From Octopus sinensis (lineage: Eukaryota): DNA of 64,000 bases. Positions 51,924-64,000 of the stretch are shown in pieces. The translations under genes and the position numbers were made by a program. The notes below the pieces were generated by a model that was not told where the DNA came from, did not search any database, and saw only the letters and a program-made list of their open reading frames with translations. The number at the start of each line of letters is the position of its first letter. The stretch's first letter is position 1. Where the stretch lies: positions 62,001 through 126,000 of the forward strand of contig NC_043013.1 of the NCBI RefSeq assembly GCF_006345805.1. The letters run 5' to 3'.

Positions 51924-52722
51924 CTTTGTGTGTGTGATTGGCCCTCACAGCTTGACAACCATTGTAGATGTGTTTACATCCATGTAACTTGATGGTTTGA
52001 CATAAGAGACCAATAGAATAAACACCAGTTATAAAAAAATAAAAGCAGTAGGATCGATTCATTTGACTGAAAATTCTGCAACCAATGCTCCAGCATAGCC
52101 ACAGTGCAATGACAAAAGATATAATTAAACCCTTTTAGTCACTTGGTGGCAATGTTATGTATATGACAATACAATATAGAATTCCTCTTAAACCAATGCA
52201 TTAATCCTTCCACAGAGTACAATGACTGGCTGCCAGTTTGTACAACCATTACTGCATGAAAACTAATAATAAATATAAATCCTTATTGGCAATTAATGCT
52301 TTTCTATCTTACAGCTGTTAGAAGTAATACTGTGATGAAATAGCAAGAAAGACCACGAGACAATTATTCTAACTGTAATTCCTATTGTCAATGCATTACC
52401 ACTTCACAGTTCACAACTATTTTATAATAATGGCTACTGCTATATGGCCTTTACACTCAATAACAGTGCATGTATTAGGTGAACAGGCAAAAAGTCAAGT
52501 TTATAATGACAGAAACTCATAAAGAAGGTGTAAACCCAGTATGGTGATGTACCATAGTCAGGAATCTTTTATCTTCACACTATTGTGCTACCAGCCAGTG
52601 AAATTATTTCATTGCTAACATATGCAATGAGCATTGAAAAGAAAATAGACAAAAAATTATGCAGTAAAGAGAAAACAGTATTAGCTAGTGACTAACATTA
52701 TTTACAGCAATTTTGGAAGATA

Positions 52723-52766
52723 ATTCCAAACATGTTTCAGTCTTATTAGACTTCGTCAGTAAAGTA
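52723..52766 (-). ncRNA. Minimal type-I hammerhead motif, stem I weakened
   Basis: tacttta CTGACGA AGTCT aata AGACT GAAA CATG TT tggaat. Palindrome ACATGT, GUU site. Stem I has 4 contiguous pairs, two of them G.U. Confidence 0.6.
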
Positions 52767-54167
52767 TAAATTATTACATATTTGCCAAAGTAAAGGTTGG
52801 GAGAATCACTAAGTAAATGTAGAGTGGTTGGTGCAGGAAAAAATGGAATGTTCAGGGGGGAAAAGGATAGTCTGAGATGCCATCCACATGAAGAGATAAA
52901 AAAAAAAAGTTAAGTTAGTGTTAGCATATTTTAATGCAGTAAACAATGAAAAGTAATTAGAAATGATAACATGGGGTGAGAAAAACAATATTAGTTATGA
53001 ATCAATATTATTTTGATTATTTTGGCAAGTAAGGGAGACAACCCCAGGTATGTTTTCATCTTAGTCCTCTTCAACAAAATCGCCATTTCTGTATGAGCCA
53101 AAGTAAGGATGATAGAATTACCTGGTAAATATAAAATACAGTGCAGAGAATAAACTACTCAGAAACCCATCTGCATAAAAAGGTAATAGTTAAGTTAGCA
53201 TTAACATATTTAATGCTTGAATTAGTTAAAAGCTTAATTAGAATCAATTATGTGATAAGGAAAAGACTATGGCTAGCATTAGTTGAATTATTTCAGCAGA
53301 GAACATCAAAAGAAGCCAAGCAGAAAAATCTGAAAGTCTCCACTATTTTTCTTAAAAGGAACAGCATCAGTGAGACAATCTAAGGCTGCAGGTTCAAAAC
53401 TAACCACAGTTGTATCCAGTGAGTTGGGTTTTATATTGGCAAAAAGACAATAATTAATCAATATACTTATCATATATGTATACATATAAAGCATATAGTT
53501 TATATCCAGTTAAAAGAAGAAAAGAAAAAGGAGATTTCAGCAGACTCTGCTGAAATCAAATGATAGGTCCACATATTAACATCCCAAGGTACATCTTTGC
53601 AAATTTAATGTACAAATTTGTAATTAAATTACTGAGTATTAATTGAAATAGCTGTAAGAAGTGAAGATGACCAATTTGTTAATAAATAATTGTTAACATC
53701 CTTATCTCCATTTTCTTTTCTTCTTTTCAATGGAGATAATCTATATGCTTAATATATACCTATTGTTTTAAGGGAATTTCATTCCTCAATAAAACCAGGA
53801 ATTGAACCAGTATTTCCTTGGATGCAACCATCCCTTTACCAGGTTAACATATCCTCTAATTAAATATGTATATATATCACAGTATCGACCAGACTCTCAG
53901 ATGTTGTTACAAATCACTGGTCACAATGGGCTTTGCATTGTTTTAGCTTTCTAATGATGCCACCCCAACTGGCTAATAAAGTAAGCCAACATTCCCCACT
54001 GATTGGAAAGCTTTTTTATCATAGGGGGACCCATTTGCAGCTGAGTGGACTGGAGCAACATGAAATGAAGTGTTTTGCTCAAGAACACAATGTGCTGTTC
54101 AGCCTGGGAATCGATCTCATGATCTAGCCATCCTGAGTACAGTACCCTAACCACTGGGCCACACATC

Positions 54168-54198
<31 letters not shown>

Positions 54199-54228
54199 AT
54201 ATATATTATATATATATATATATATATT

Positions 54229-54481
54229 ACGGAGATGTACTCGCATAGCAAGTAATTTGATCTGAGATCGTGTGCTGAAACGAAAACAATTGCAGCGTGG
54301 AAGGTGTTTATAAGCCATTTAAGAAACACACAAAAAGAGATGCAGCACGGACTTTGTCAGTGAACAGGTCGCGGATTTTAGCGACGAAAATATTTTGGCA
54401 AATTAAACTTAAATGTTGGAGTGAATCGAACGGCTTTTGTGTATTTCTTAAATGGCTTATAAACACCTTCCACGCTGCAAT

Positions 54482-54483
<2 letters not shown>
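54229..54483. mobile_element. PLE-like fragment with 49-bp inverted arms (54287-54335 / 54435-54483) in (TA)n
   Basis: CAATTGCAGCGTGGAAGGTGTTTATAAGCCATTTAAGAAACACACAAAA and its reverse complement, with one mismatch. Confidence 0.7.
54353..54402 (+). ncRNA. Minimal type-I hammerhead with swapped G3:C8 core
   Basis: TTTGTCA GTGAACA G GTCGC ggatttta GCGAC GAAA ATAT TT TGGCAAA. Stem I is 7 bp (one G.U), stem II is 5 bp, and the palindrome is AATATT. Confidence 0.65.
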
Positions 54484-54513
<30 letters not shown>

Positions 54514-55088
54514 GCAAATAAGAAAATGGAGAGGATACAAAAACCACATACATCAGCCGGTAGACATTCAAGTATGTCTATTTATTCCAAAGTAATAGAA
54601 AGTATTAGAATGCATACACATGTAATAAGTATGTGTTACACACATGTACTAATATTAGTACTAGAATATATGATGGCACCAGTTCCGTCATTTTGGTAGC
54701 AAATATTGTATCAAGTAAACCAGTCGTCTTCCTCAAAAAGTAACTAAATTAATAGGATGCAATGATTAAAAGACTGACCATTTGTCTAGCATTGATCTCT
54801 GTCCTGCATCTGATTCTTCTGTCTCTGTAATTTTGAACCAAACCACTTGAGACTACTTCTACTTTTATGATACAAACTGTATGATTTAATTCTTTAAGTC
54901 TTGTAGTGCATTCTCTTCGTAAATTTCCCAAACCTGTTAAAAACCAGAAATTCTGATGAAATGCAGTTCAGTTTAAATCCCATTAAGTTATAACTCTTGG
55001 ATGAATTTGGATGAAATTCGCTGATATAATTACTGTTGGAGTATATTGTAAATATGGTTTTTACTTGCTGATATCTGCCTATTGCTAC

Positions 55089-55180
55089 GTCACTTACATC
55101 TGCCCAGGCGCTTTGTCACTTACACCTACCCAGGTGCAATGTCACTTTCACCTGCCCAGGTGTTATGTCACTTTTACCTG
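55089..55180. repeat. 26-bp tandem repeat, 3.5 copies
   Basis: Unit GTCACTT(A/T)CACCTGCCCAGGTGNNAT at 55089, 55115 and 55141, partial at 55167. Confidence 0.85.
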
Positions 55181-56460
55181 AATAAGTTAAGTCAATTACA
55201 CATAAGTGTTTTCACATATATTTGCAAAATGCCAATTCTTTGGCATTGATTTCCTAATTGAATCACTAATTGATAAATAAATCTTTAATAATAATGCCAC
55301 CCAATTGTCAATCACTACAAGAAGTATAGAAGCAAAAAAATATCGAAAGAAGTTTACTTGATAAATGCAAAAAATGTTAAAACATGATGCAAAAGTCTTT
55401 GACAGAAAGTTCTTTGTAAAATCAAGCTAAACTTCATTTAGTTCTAGATTTTTCACCACCCAACAATAATCTAAACTGAAGCAGTTTCATGTGGTTCAAG
55501 ATTTGGTAACAAGTGCAGATAACTGCAGGACAAGAATTTAAGAGCTAATGAGTCCATAATGAAATTAAAACCTTCCATCATAATTATATTTAACAAGCTT
55601 TATGATAAACTGCGTTAAGAACACCAGTTTTAATGAGTAAACAGTTAGTTACTTTATCAAATCCTTCAAGATTCTGGATTATTTTACAAAATTAATTAAA
55701 ATGCAATGTATTTCATAATGTATACTAATCCAAAACAGTTAAGTCGCTGTTCCTATTCTACACACACACACAGCTAAAATTGCTAAATGCAGCAACCTCT
55801 TTCATGCAAAATGCATCTGTGTCCCACACCAAAATTAAGCACAATCCTTCTGCCCAACAGCTACTGCATTTCTCCAAAACTTTATTACTGCCCATGATTT
55901 TCTCTCTTCAACAACCTCACTTCCATCTCTAAGAAGTGTATCAACAGTAGATTGGTAAAATATCAGTAACCTACTATAGGCATAATGAACATAAAATCTA
56001 GAACAAACTGATTTGCATAAATGGATAATTTTCAGATTAGCAGCCACAGGGATTTGCGTATGATTACATAAAAAGTTTTTATAAACTAAAGTGGGGTTTT
56101 CTGGGGCAGGTGCTTTACTCCAATTTCAGTAACGTTAAGTTATGCTAAGAATCTTATCTTTAATAGAATGTTAATATATATACAGGAAAGTAACCTCTCC
56201 CCGTAATTATGCTATCTATTTTCAATATGCAGGTGAACTAATGAAGTATCCTACCCGGAGACACAATAATTGCAGAAGATTTGAACTCTCAGTTCATGAG
56301 ATGATGGTGTAATATCTTATCTGCTTAGTCCATTTGCTTCTATTTTGGTATGTGATGGATTAAATAAATAGAATGTTTAATTCTGTTACAAAAGAAAAAA
56401 AATCAAAAGACATCACCTATGTTATATAATGAAATGGTAATCTTGGAGCTTATTAATTAT

Positions 56461-56643
56461 ACAGTTCTATATTTAAGAGATGAGGAATTATGTACATTAT
56501 TTACACTTGACGGATATTTGTCCTCATCTTGTTTGTTAACAAACAGCTTTCATCAGGTGTCTTGGGGAAATTTTGAACCTGGGTTCTCATTCCTAAGGTA
56601 TTTTTCAACGTTATTATTATTACTAATTATTATTATTATTATA

Positions 56644-56677
<34 letters not shown>

Positions 56678-56881
56678 TCACTGTCTGGAATCGAACTCGG
56701 AATCTTGTGGTTAGTAGCCATAGGCCCATAGGCAATAATAATAATAATAACATTGAAAAATACCTTAGGAATGAGAACACCGGTTCGGAATTTCCCAAGA
56801 CACCTGATGAAGGCTGGAGGGTAAATCAGCCGTGTTGTTGTGTTAACAACAAACAAGTACAAATATCCGTCAAATGTAAAT
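56461..56881. mobile_element. tRNA-headed, hammerhead-bearing element in inverted (palindromic) arrangement; both ribozyme copies broken
   Basis: The left arm (~56499-56620) is the reverse complement of the right arm (~56740-56881). The left arm lacks stem II and GAAA. In the right arm (56799-56844) GAAAC is replaced by GTGTT. A tRNA-like segment lies at the centre. Confidence 0.7.
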
Positions 56882-57609
56882 ATTAATTGTACTTATTAAT
56901 TATATTTGTTAATGAAACACTAAAATGAATACTATTCTAAGCTCTAATCCTCTTTTAACCTTCCAGAGCTGGTAAAAGAAGCACCAGTAATATATTGAAC
57001 GTCATACAAACCTTACAAGAAAAATTGAACTTGTTGCTTATTCATAAAATGTCAATTAATAGTAAAGAGCAAATGATCGATGGTATCAGTTATTGGACAA
57101 CTACCTTAAATATCATGTGATCAACCAGACTCTCAGGTGTTGTTATACACTGCTGGTTGCAATGCGCTTTGCATTGTTCTTAGCTTCTCAATGATGCCAC
57201 CCCTACTGGGTGGAGTGAGTAGGTGAGCATTTTCCCTGGTCAGAAGGCTACTCTGTCGTAGAGTTACCAATTTACAGTTGAGTAGAGTGAAATAAAGTGT
57301 CTTGCTCAAGAACACAACATATAGCCAGTCTGGGAATTGAAACTATGATCATAGGATCAAGAGTGCAACGTGCCTAACCACTAGGCCACACACCCTCACA
57401 AATGTGAATATATAGTATTTAATTTCATTGCAAGTGTTTGGTAAAGCACCTGGAAAGTTCATTGAAAATATCAGGAATAGGTAGCAGGTTATTGAGAATG
57501 TATCCTAGGAATGACGCCTTACCTGTGGGGTGAAGGAGAGATTCACCACTCACCTACTTAACCGTTTAGCATTTAATCTGGCCATATCTGGCCCAAATAT
57601 TCTTAATAT

Positions 57610-57809
57610 AGTTCTATGTTTAAGAGATGAGGAATTATGTACATTATTTACATTTGACGGATATTTGTCCTCACCTTGTTTGTTGTTAACACAACGTTTC
57701 GGCTGATATACCCTCCAGCCTTCATCAGGTGTCTTGGGGAAATTTTGAACCTGGATTCTCATTCCTACGGTATTTTTTCAATGCCGTTGTTGTTTTGTTG
57801 GTATTATTA

Positions 57810-57845
<36 letters not shown>

Positions 57846-57900
57846 TCACTGCCTGGAATCGAACTCAGAATCTTGGGGTTAGTAGCAGGCGCTCTTAATC
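57610..57900 (-). mobile_element. tRNA-headed SINE-like element with an intact hammerhead, inserted in a piggyBac-type MITE
   Basis: Minus strand: TTAAGAGCGCCTGCTACTAACCCCAAGATTCTGAGTTCGATTCCAGGC (anticodon-arm-like and B-box), then (AAT)n, body, hammerhead and 3' tail. Confidence 0.65.
57688..57733 (-). ncRNA. Minimal type-I hammerhead ribozyme, canonical CTGATGA core
   Basis: GACAC CTGATGA A GGCTG gagggtatat CAGCC GAAA CG TT GTGTT. Stem I is 5 bp (one G.U), stem II is 5 bp, palindrome ACGT, GUU site. Confidence 0.78.
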
Positions 57901-60732
57901 AAACTGGCCAAACCTGGCCTCTCACACCTACACTACAATGTCCTTCTAAAAATAAACAATTGCATCATCAAAATCTCCAAGCTATGAGATAATCCAGGAT
58001 TATTTCTAAACAATTTGAATAAATAAGCTACGCATTCGACAAAGGAATCTGAATGCTAAACAGTTAATGCAGAAAAGTCGTAAAACAAGACAGAAATGGT
58101 TGTAAGAGAAAACTTAAAATCATGACAATAGGGCCAATAGGGCCAGCAGCTTCTCCTCGCTGTTATAATACTACATATAAGAGATGTCTACAAACTGGAT
58201 ACCAACCCTACTGGCTCACCTCTTCATCCTTTTATAAGGTCTGACAACTAAATCAACACATTAATAAGTCTCTAGAAAAAGACACAATGCTATGCTTCTA
58301 ACATCAGAGGTACTTCAACAATTACATTCTAACTTTGTAGTCCAAAACTAATTTACATGGCCCAGGGGGTACACTACTGAATTAACAAGCATTCTGTTGT
58401 CTTATTTGATTTATTCTATGCTGAACTTGCAATGTAAACCACTTGCATTAGCTTGCTTCACCTAGCTGTCAGTAATAGGAATGCTACCTGCAATTGACTA
58501 GCATCCTAACCAGTGAGAGATTTTATATCTCATTTACTTAACACAATCTAAATCAAAGTTAAACACCATCTCTTAAATCCACTCTGGGTTTTAAACAATA
58601 TTTACATTTATTTTATTATTAGTATTTCCTTCTTTTTTTTTTTCATTTGGCCATCCATCTCACCACTGTTCTCTATTACAGCTCAAACACAGAAAGAAAA
58701 AAAAATTTTTTTTTTTCTATTCAGCAAGTGTGGGAGGTGAGTGGGTTAGCTAATCAACGCGATTTACATTAGTGTTCTGGAGAGAATTGGCATAGCAGAT
58801 TAACAAGACATGCACAAGTACTTATGAAAACACACCCATACAGCATATAGATATGTAAGTCACTAGGTTACAGCAAAATACGAGCTGAAGTGAGGGTGGT
58901 GGCAGTGGTGAAGGGCAGAGGTGAGAGGGGATTAATAACATATTTAGATATCAAAAAGAAACAGAGAGTGAAAAAAAAAAACAACACAAATACACACACA
59001 TACACACAGCAAATAAAACAAAGCAATCTTGTATTACAACAGTTTCTCCTTGAGCTCTAACACAAACACACACACAGATATACATAAAGATCAATCATCA
59101 TTGTTTAACATCAACTTTTCCATGCTTTCATAGGTCAGTTGGAATACAGAGAGGCAGATTTTCTATGGCCAGATGCCTTTGCTGTCACCAACCTTTACCT
59201 ACCTGTTTCCTCTTGGGAGGATGGGTTCTCGACAAAGACTGGAAACAAAGGACACCTCTTTTATGATGGTGTCACTCACAACTATCACGCAATGTCAAAA
59301 AAAGGAAGCATCCATATACATCCACACACACAAACACAGATGCACAATAGGCTTCTTTCAGTTTCTATCAATCAAATCCACTTAGAAATGGCTCTGGTTA
59401 GTCCAGGGCTACACACACATGTGTGTGTATGGCCTTGGTCTGACCACATGTGTGCCTGCATGTAAATAGTCATACACCATTATATAAAAGTATATGTCTC
59501 AGCTAACCATGGCTTCTTGACTCTTGGTGGAATTCTAGGTCTGTCATCATGACATTTGGCATATCTTTAGCATTTTATGGACCTAGGAGGGCCCATTACA
59601 CTCCAGGTCTGACTACAGCTGACTTCTTCCAGTAAGAGACAGAGTGAAATCAAGAGAGGAATTAACTCCAGTATATGACTGGTACCAAGAAGGATTTAAA
59701 ACTAAAGAAGACCTCTCTAGGATTTGAACTTAAAACACAAAAAGCTACAATAATTACTACAAAGCAATCTATCTGATGCCCTAATGATTCTTCCAACTTG
59801 TGTTACATATGTAAATATCACAGTGCATGCACACACACACACAAACACTGTTACATATGCACCATGAAAATAACCACACACAGTGTTTATACAATATACA
59901 CACTTAAATGATGTTCTCATATATATTAAAGCAATTATTCACAATCCTGGATGATTTGTTATCAGCAAGCACTATGCCATTCGCAATTTTTTTTTTTTTA
60001 AATGTCCATAGAATCACAAATAGCTAGAGACATATTCTTGAGCCTTCTGTTGTAACTGTATTGCAATTTGGGCTTTGAGTATCAGAGGATTAAAATATAA
60101 CCCACTGAGTCCCAGCAAGAAGAAAGAACTTGTCTTACTTGGAGAAAACTGTCGGCAAGCAATCAGCAAAACAAACTACCAGACATTAAAACCTGAACAA
60201 GAACGCACACACATAGAAGAGAGGCTGATGTAGAAGGATGCGATGGGTTGGATGCCACATTCACATGCTAAAAGACTATTGGTCCCTAACACCACCACCA
60301 CCCATGCTTGACCCAGCAGAATATCCAAGACACAACAGCTGGATTGAGAGAGGGTTGAATCCCAATGACTGCTATTTTACTTTATCAAACCCCCACCGGA
60401 AGAAAAACGAACTAGACAGCAACAAGATTGGAACTCAGAATGTAACAAATTAGAATATCAAAATCCTGCAAAGCATTTTATCCATTATTCTTGTGATTCT
60501 GGGAAATCACTATTCAATATCACAAGTACACACACACACACACAAACATATAGATCTACAGATACATATGCAGAGAAACCTACTAGCACAGACATATATA
60601 CATATGTATACACACAATATATAAGTGTGTACAAATATATACATGTATATACACTCTAACATCATCATATATCCATGAACATACATACGAGCATGATACG
60701 TGTAGAATTAGAAATATATACATACATACATG

Positions 60733-60763
<31 letters not shown>

Positions 60764-62829
60764 TGTGTGCATGCATGCATTTGGATACATTAATAGACAG
60801 AGTGGAACCAAACTCGCATCCATTCTTAATGGTATTTAGCCATTGTTGTGAACCATAAAGCAAAAAAAATCTAATTAATTAATTATCTCAAAACCATTGG
60901 TGTATTCAAACTAAAACATCCATCTGCAGACTTAAGAACTTCATCACTGGTAAATAGAGCAGCATTAAGCTCCAATCGACAATATTTATATGAAGAATAT
61001 GTATTTGTATATTTGTTCGTATGTTTAAGAATTATGTAGCACCTTGGGCAAGTGTTTTCATCCGCAAACTTAAGTTGAACCAATTTTTTATAAGTACAAC
61101 AGGGTAGAGGAAAACCTATATAAAATACCATCAGATGGACTGTATTTGTGATTTGGAAGGTCCAGGCTTGCCACACACATAGAGCTGCTCAGACTAATAT
61201 ATATATATGAGGTGGGTATTGCAGTTTTGTACCAGTTGGGAACTTGAAGTGTAATAGAGAGACAGAGAATAGGTGTCTTGCACATGGCTACTCCAGCCGG
61301 AAAACAAGGAGAGAAAAGATAGGGTTTGGGAGAAAGAGATAGTGGTGGAGATGTGTCATCCTCATTGTACCCTAAAGGTAGGGTGAATATAAGTGGGTTG
61401 GGAGATTGGATAGGGTGAGAGGGAAATGTAACATGAAAGTGTGAGGGGGAGATGGTCAGAGATGGGAAAGAGGTGACAGTAGCAAACTATGGTGAGAAAT
61501 ATAGTAGTTCAGTGGGGGAGGTGGAGGCTATGGTGGATATGTGAGGGCATTGAGGGTGGTTGAAGGATAAGAGAGGTGTTAAGGATGGAGCATAAGAGAG
61601 GAGAGAAAGAGAGAGCAATGGCTGAAGGCCCAGAAAGGAGTTGATTGGTGGGCAGGGAAGATAATGAGAGATGAGAATGGTTCTAGGGGCAGACAGAAAG
61701 GCAACCAAAAGGGAGGGGATGTGGTACATGCCTATTCTGCTCTCAGGTGATTGCAGCAACAGAGTAGTGCCATAGACAGAAAAGAGTCACAGGGGGTGAG
61801 ATGTGGAGGGAAGTACTTGGCAGAGCAGAGAGAGTAGAGGGGAAATAGGGTCTCACACACACACACACACACACGACAGTTTCTCCCTCCTAAATCCAAT
61901 CACAAGCACAGTGCTAAAGTAGAAGATATTTGCCCAAGATGCGATGCAGTGGGATTGAACCCAGGACCATATGACTGTGAACTGAGCTTCTTGACCACAT
62001 AGCCAAGTATGTGCCTGACCATGAAGAAATACTACCTTCCTTAGAAACAAGGGTTGGCAACAGGAAAGGTATCCAGCTGTTGAAAATCTGCCTCAATAAT
62101 CTCTGTCCAAACCATGCAAGCATGGAAAATGGACATCAAAATGATGATCACACACACACACACATATCAGTAGTGTTATTTCATAGTACAAAAAGAAAAA
62201 AAATACGCTAGTACACAACTATGTTAGAAGTGTGTACAGAATTTGATATATGTTTGTTAAAGCTAAGTAACCAAGATTAGATATCCAGACTTGAGATTAT
62301 TTCATCCATTCAGTCTTTGATGTGGATCAATGAATACAGATATTCAGATGTTTTATAGATGTTAACATCACCAAAAGCCCACCAGATGCTAATGACTGAC
62401 TACCCCCACCTCACAGACTCCATTATTTGTTGGAATATAATTACCTTATACATTATGATGATGATGATGATTATTGTGGGGGGTGGGGTTAACAACCAAA
62501 GCCCCTCCACCAACATATGCATCATTGGACTCATAACTGTGTGACAGGCAATACTCTCTGCAGGTGGATGAAGACACATGAAGGCTTGGATGTATGTGTT
62601 TGTCTCTTTGACTTGACATCAAATGATTGTAGTAAAAGAATGGAAATCATTCATTTCCGATATTTTGCATAAACATGTCTGGTTATGGAGAAATATTAGC
62701 TTGCTTGGAACCAGGTAAGGGTTGGCAACAGGAAGGGCATCTGGCTGTAAAAAATTTGCTTCAATAAACCCCATCCAATATGGACAGTTAAAAAATTATG
62801 ATGATGATGATGATGGTATACACATACAC

Positions 62830-64000
62830 AACCTGGAATCCACATTCCTACTCTGCATTATGGAAGCAATACTTTCCTGAAAAACTTGCCTTAGCATCAA
62901 ATTTCATAACATGAAATTAATTTTACTGTTGATTTTTCATGTTATAAACTGACAAACTGATGTTACTCCATGTTTGTGGCACATCGTTTCTTTGGACAGC
63001 CAAGTATAGGAACTGAACTCATTATAAATTGTTCTTGTAATTTTTATGTTACGTTCACCAGCAGGTCGTTATCACTAAAAACTTAAAGACCTTTCCCTAT
63101 GTGCCAAACGTTATCTTCATCATCATCATAATCATCGTTTAATGTCTGCTTTCCATGCTGGCATGGGTTGGACGATTTGACTGAGGGCTGGTGAGCCAGA
63201 AGGTTGTACCAGTCTCCAATCTGATCTGGCAAAGTTTCTGCAGCTGGATGCCCTTCCTAATGCCAACCACTCTGAGAGTGTAGTAGGTGCTTTTACATGC
63301 CACCAGCATGAGGGCAGTCAGGCAGTACTGGTATTGGCCACACTCAAATGGTGCTTTTAACATGCCACCTGCACAGGAGTCAGTCCAACGGCACTGGCAA
63401 CGACCACGCTTGAATGGTGCTTTTTTTACATGCCACTGGCACGGGAGGCAGTCAGCAGTCCTGCCAAGGATCACACTCAAATGGTGCTTTTAATGTTCCA
63501 CTGGCATGGGTGCCAATCAGGCAGTATTGTCATCGACCACAACAGCGATTTCACTTGCCTCAACAGGTCTTTACAAGCATAGTTTATTGTCCAATGATTG
63601 AAGGGTACTCTTAAATGGGCTGGTTATACAGCACTGGCATAGGCCACAGGTTATGGTCTCACTTGGCTTGCCAAGTCTTCTGAAGCACATCACATATCTC
63701 CAAAGGTCTCAGTCACTTGTTATTGCCTCAGTGAAGCCCAAATATTCTTTATTGTGTTGAAAAAATTTCTGTATTCTCAATTATATTCTCGTTTGAACAG
63801 CATTATCTCATTAGATAAATGTTCTCTATGAGGATACTAGCAACTCAACCACATCATACTCAATGACTTCTTCAAACCCAACACCCTTTGCAAGTGTCAC
63901 AATATCTTTCTGAATTTCTGTTTGAGGAAAACTTGTCATGTCAGAGATACAGTCTGGCCAAATATGGTTTCAAGCACCATTCAAAGTTAAAGGTTTCACT
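62830..64000 (-). mobile_element. Tigger/pogo-type transposase C-terminal relic, split by an RTE 3' fragment; runs off the window end
   Basis: The minus strand from 63999 reads VKPLTLNGA*NHIWPDCISDMTSF...IVTLAKGVGFEEVIEYDVVELL, resembling the TIGD1/Tigger C-terminus. Confidence 0.55.
63118..63740 (-). mobile_element. RTE-clade LINE 3' end
   Basis: Collinear with 36255-36845, including the last codons of the ORF, the tandem UTR units and the (GAT)n tail. Confidence 0.8.

Noticed and set aside
57841-57900. tRNA gene (also the tRNA-like heads of SINE families A, B and E)
   Set aside because: The cloverleaf is incomplete, with no acceptor-stem pairing or oligo-T terminator, and it is fused to repeat bodies. 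These are SINE heads.
61020-61800. Purine-rich tract with faint GIY-YIG-like peptide on the minus strand
   Set aside because: Similarity is too weak to call without a profile search.

Overview
This is AT-rich, repeat-saturated eukaryotic (metazoan) DNA with no host exon I can support, so it is probably intronic or intergenic. The SINE and microsatellite landscape looks like an octopod cephalopod, but that is inference from recalled repeat families and was not checked. The main feature is a near-intact Penelope-like retroelement (PLE) in a head-to-tail array at 11999-21058, arranged pLTR-body-pLTR-body-pLTR and embedded in a giant (TA)n/(TATG)n microsatellite. Combining the two copies gives one ORF of about 1,170 aa: a long N-terminal region, a PLE-type RT, a Cys-rich linker and a C-terminal GIY-YIG nuclease. 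Each pLTR carries a minimal type-I hammerhead ribozyme fold with a non-canonical CCGAAGA core. By eye I found five further, unrelated minimal hammerhead families. These include a G3:C8-swapped core (GTGAACA) and one carried by a tRNA-headed SINE-like element. In every family helix III is reduced to a short palindrome, which suggests cleavage as dimers. The rest is decayed mariner (with a nested Helitron), Tigger, CR1-, L1/Tx1-, RTE- and R4/Dong-type LINE relics, piggyBac-type MITEs, several SINE families and microsatellites. Ribozyme folds were assigned manually and activity is untested. Boundaries of old repeats are approximate.
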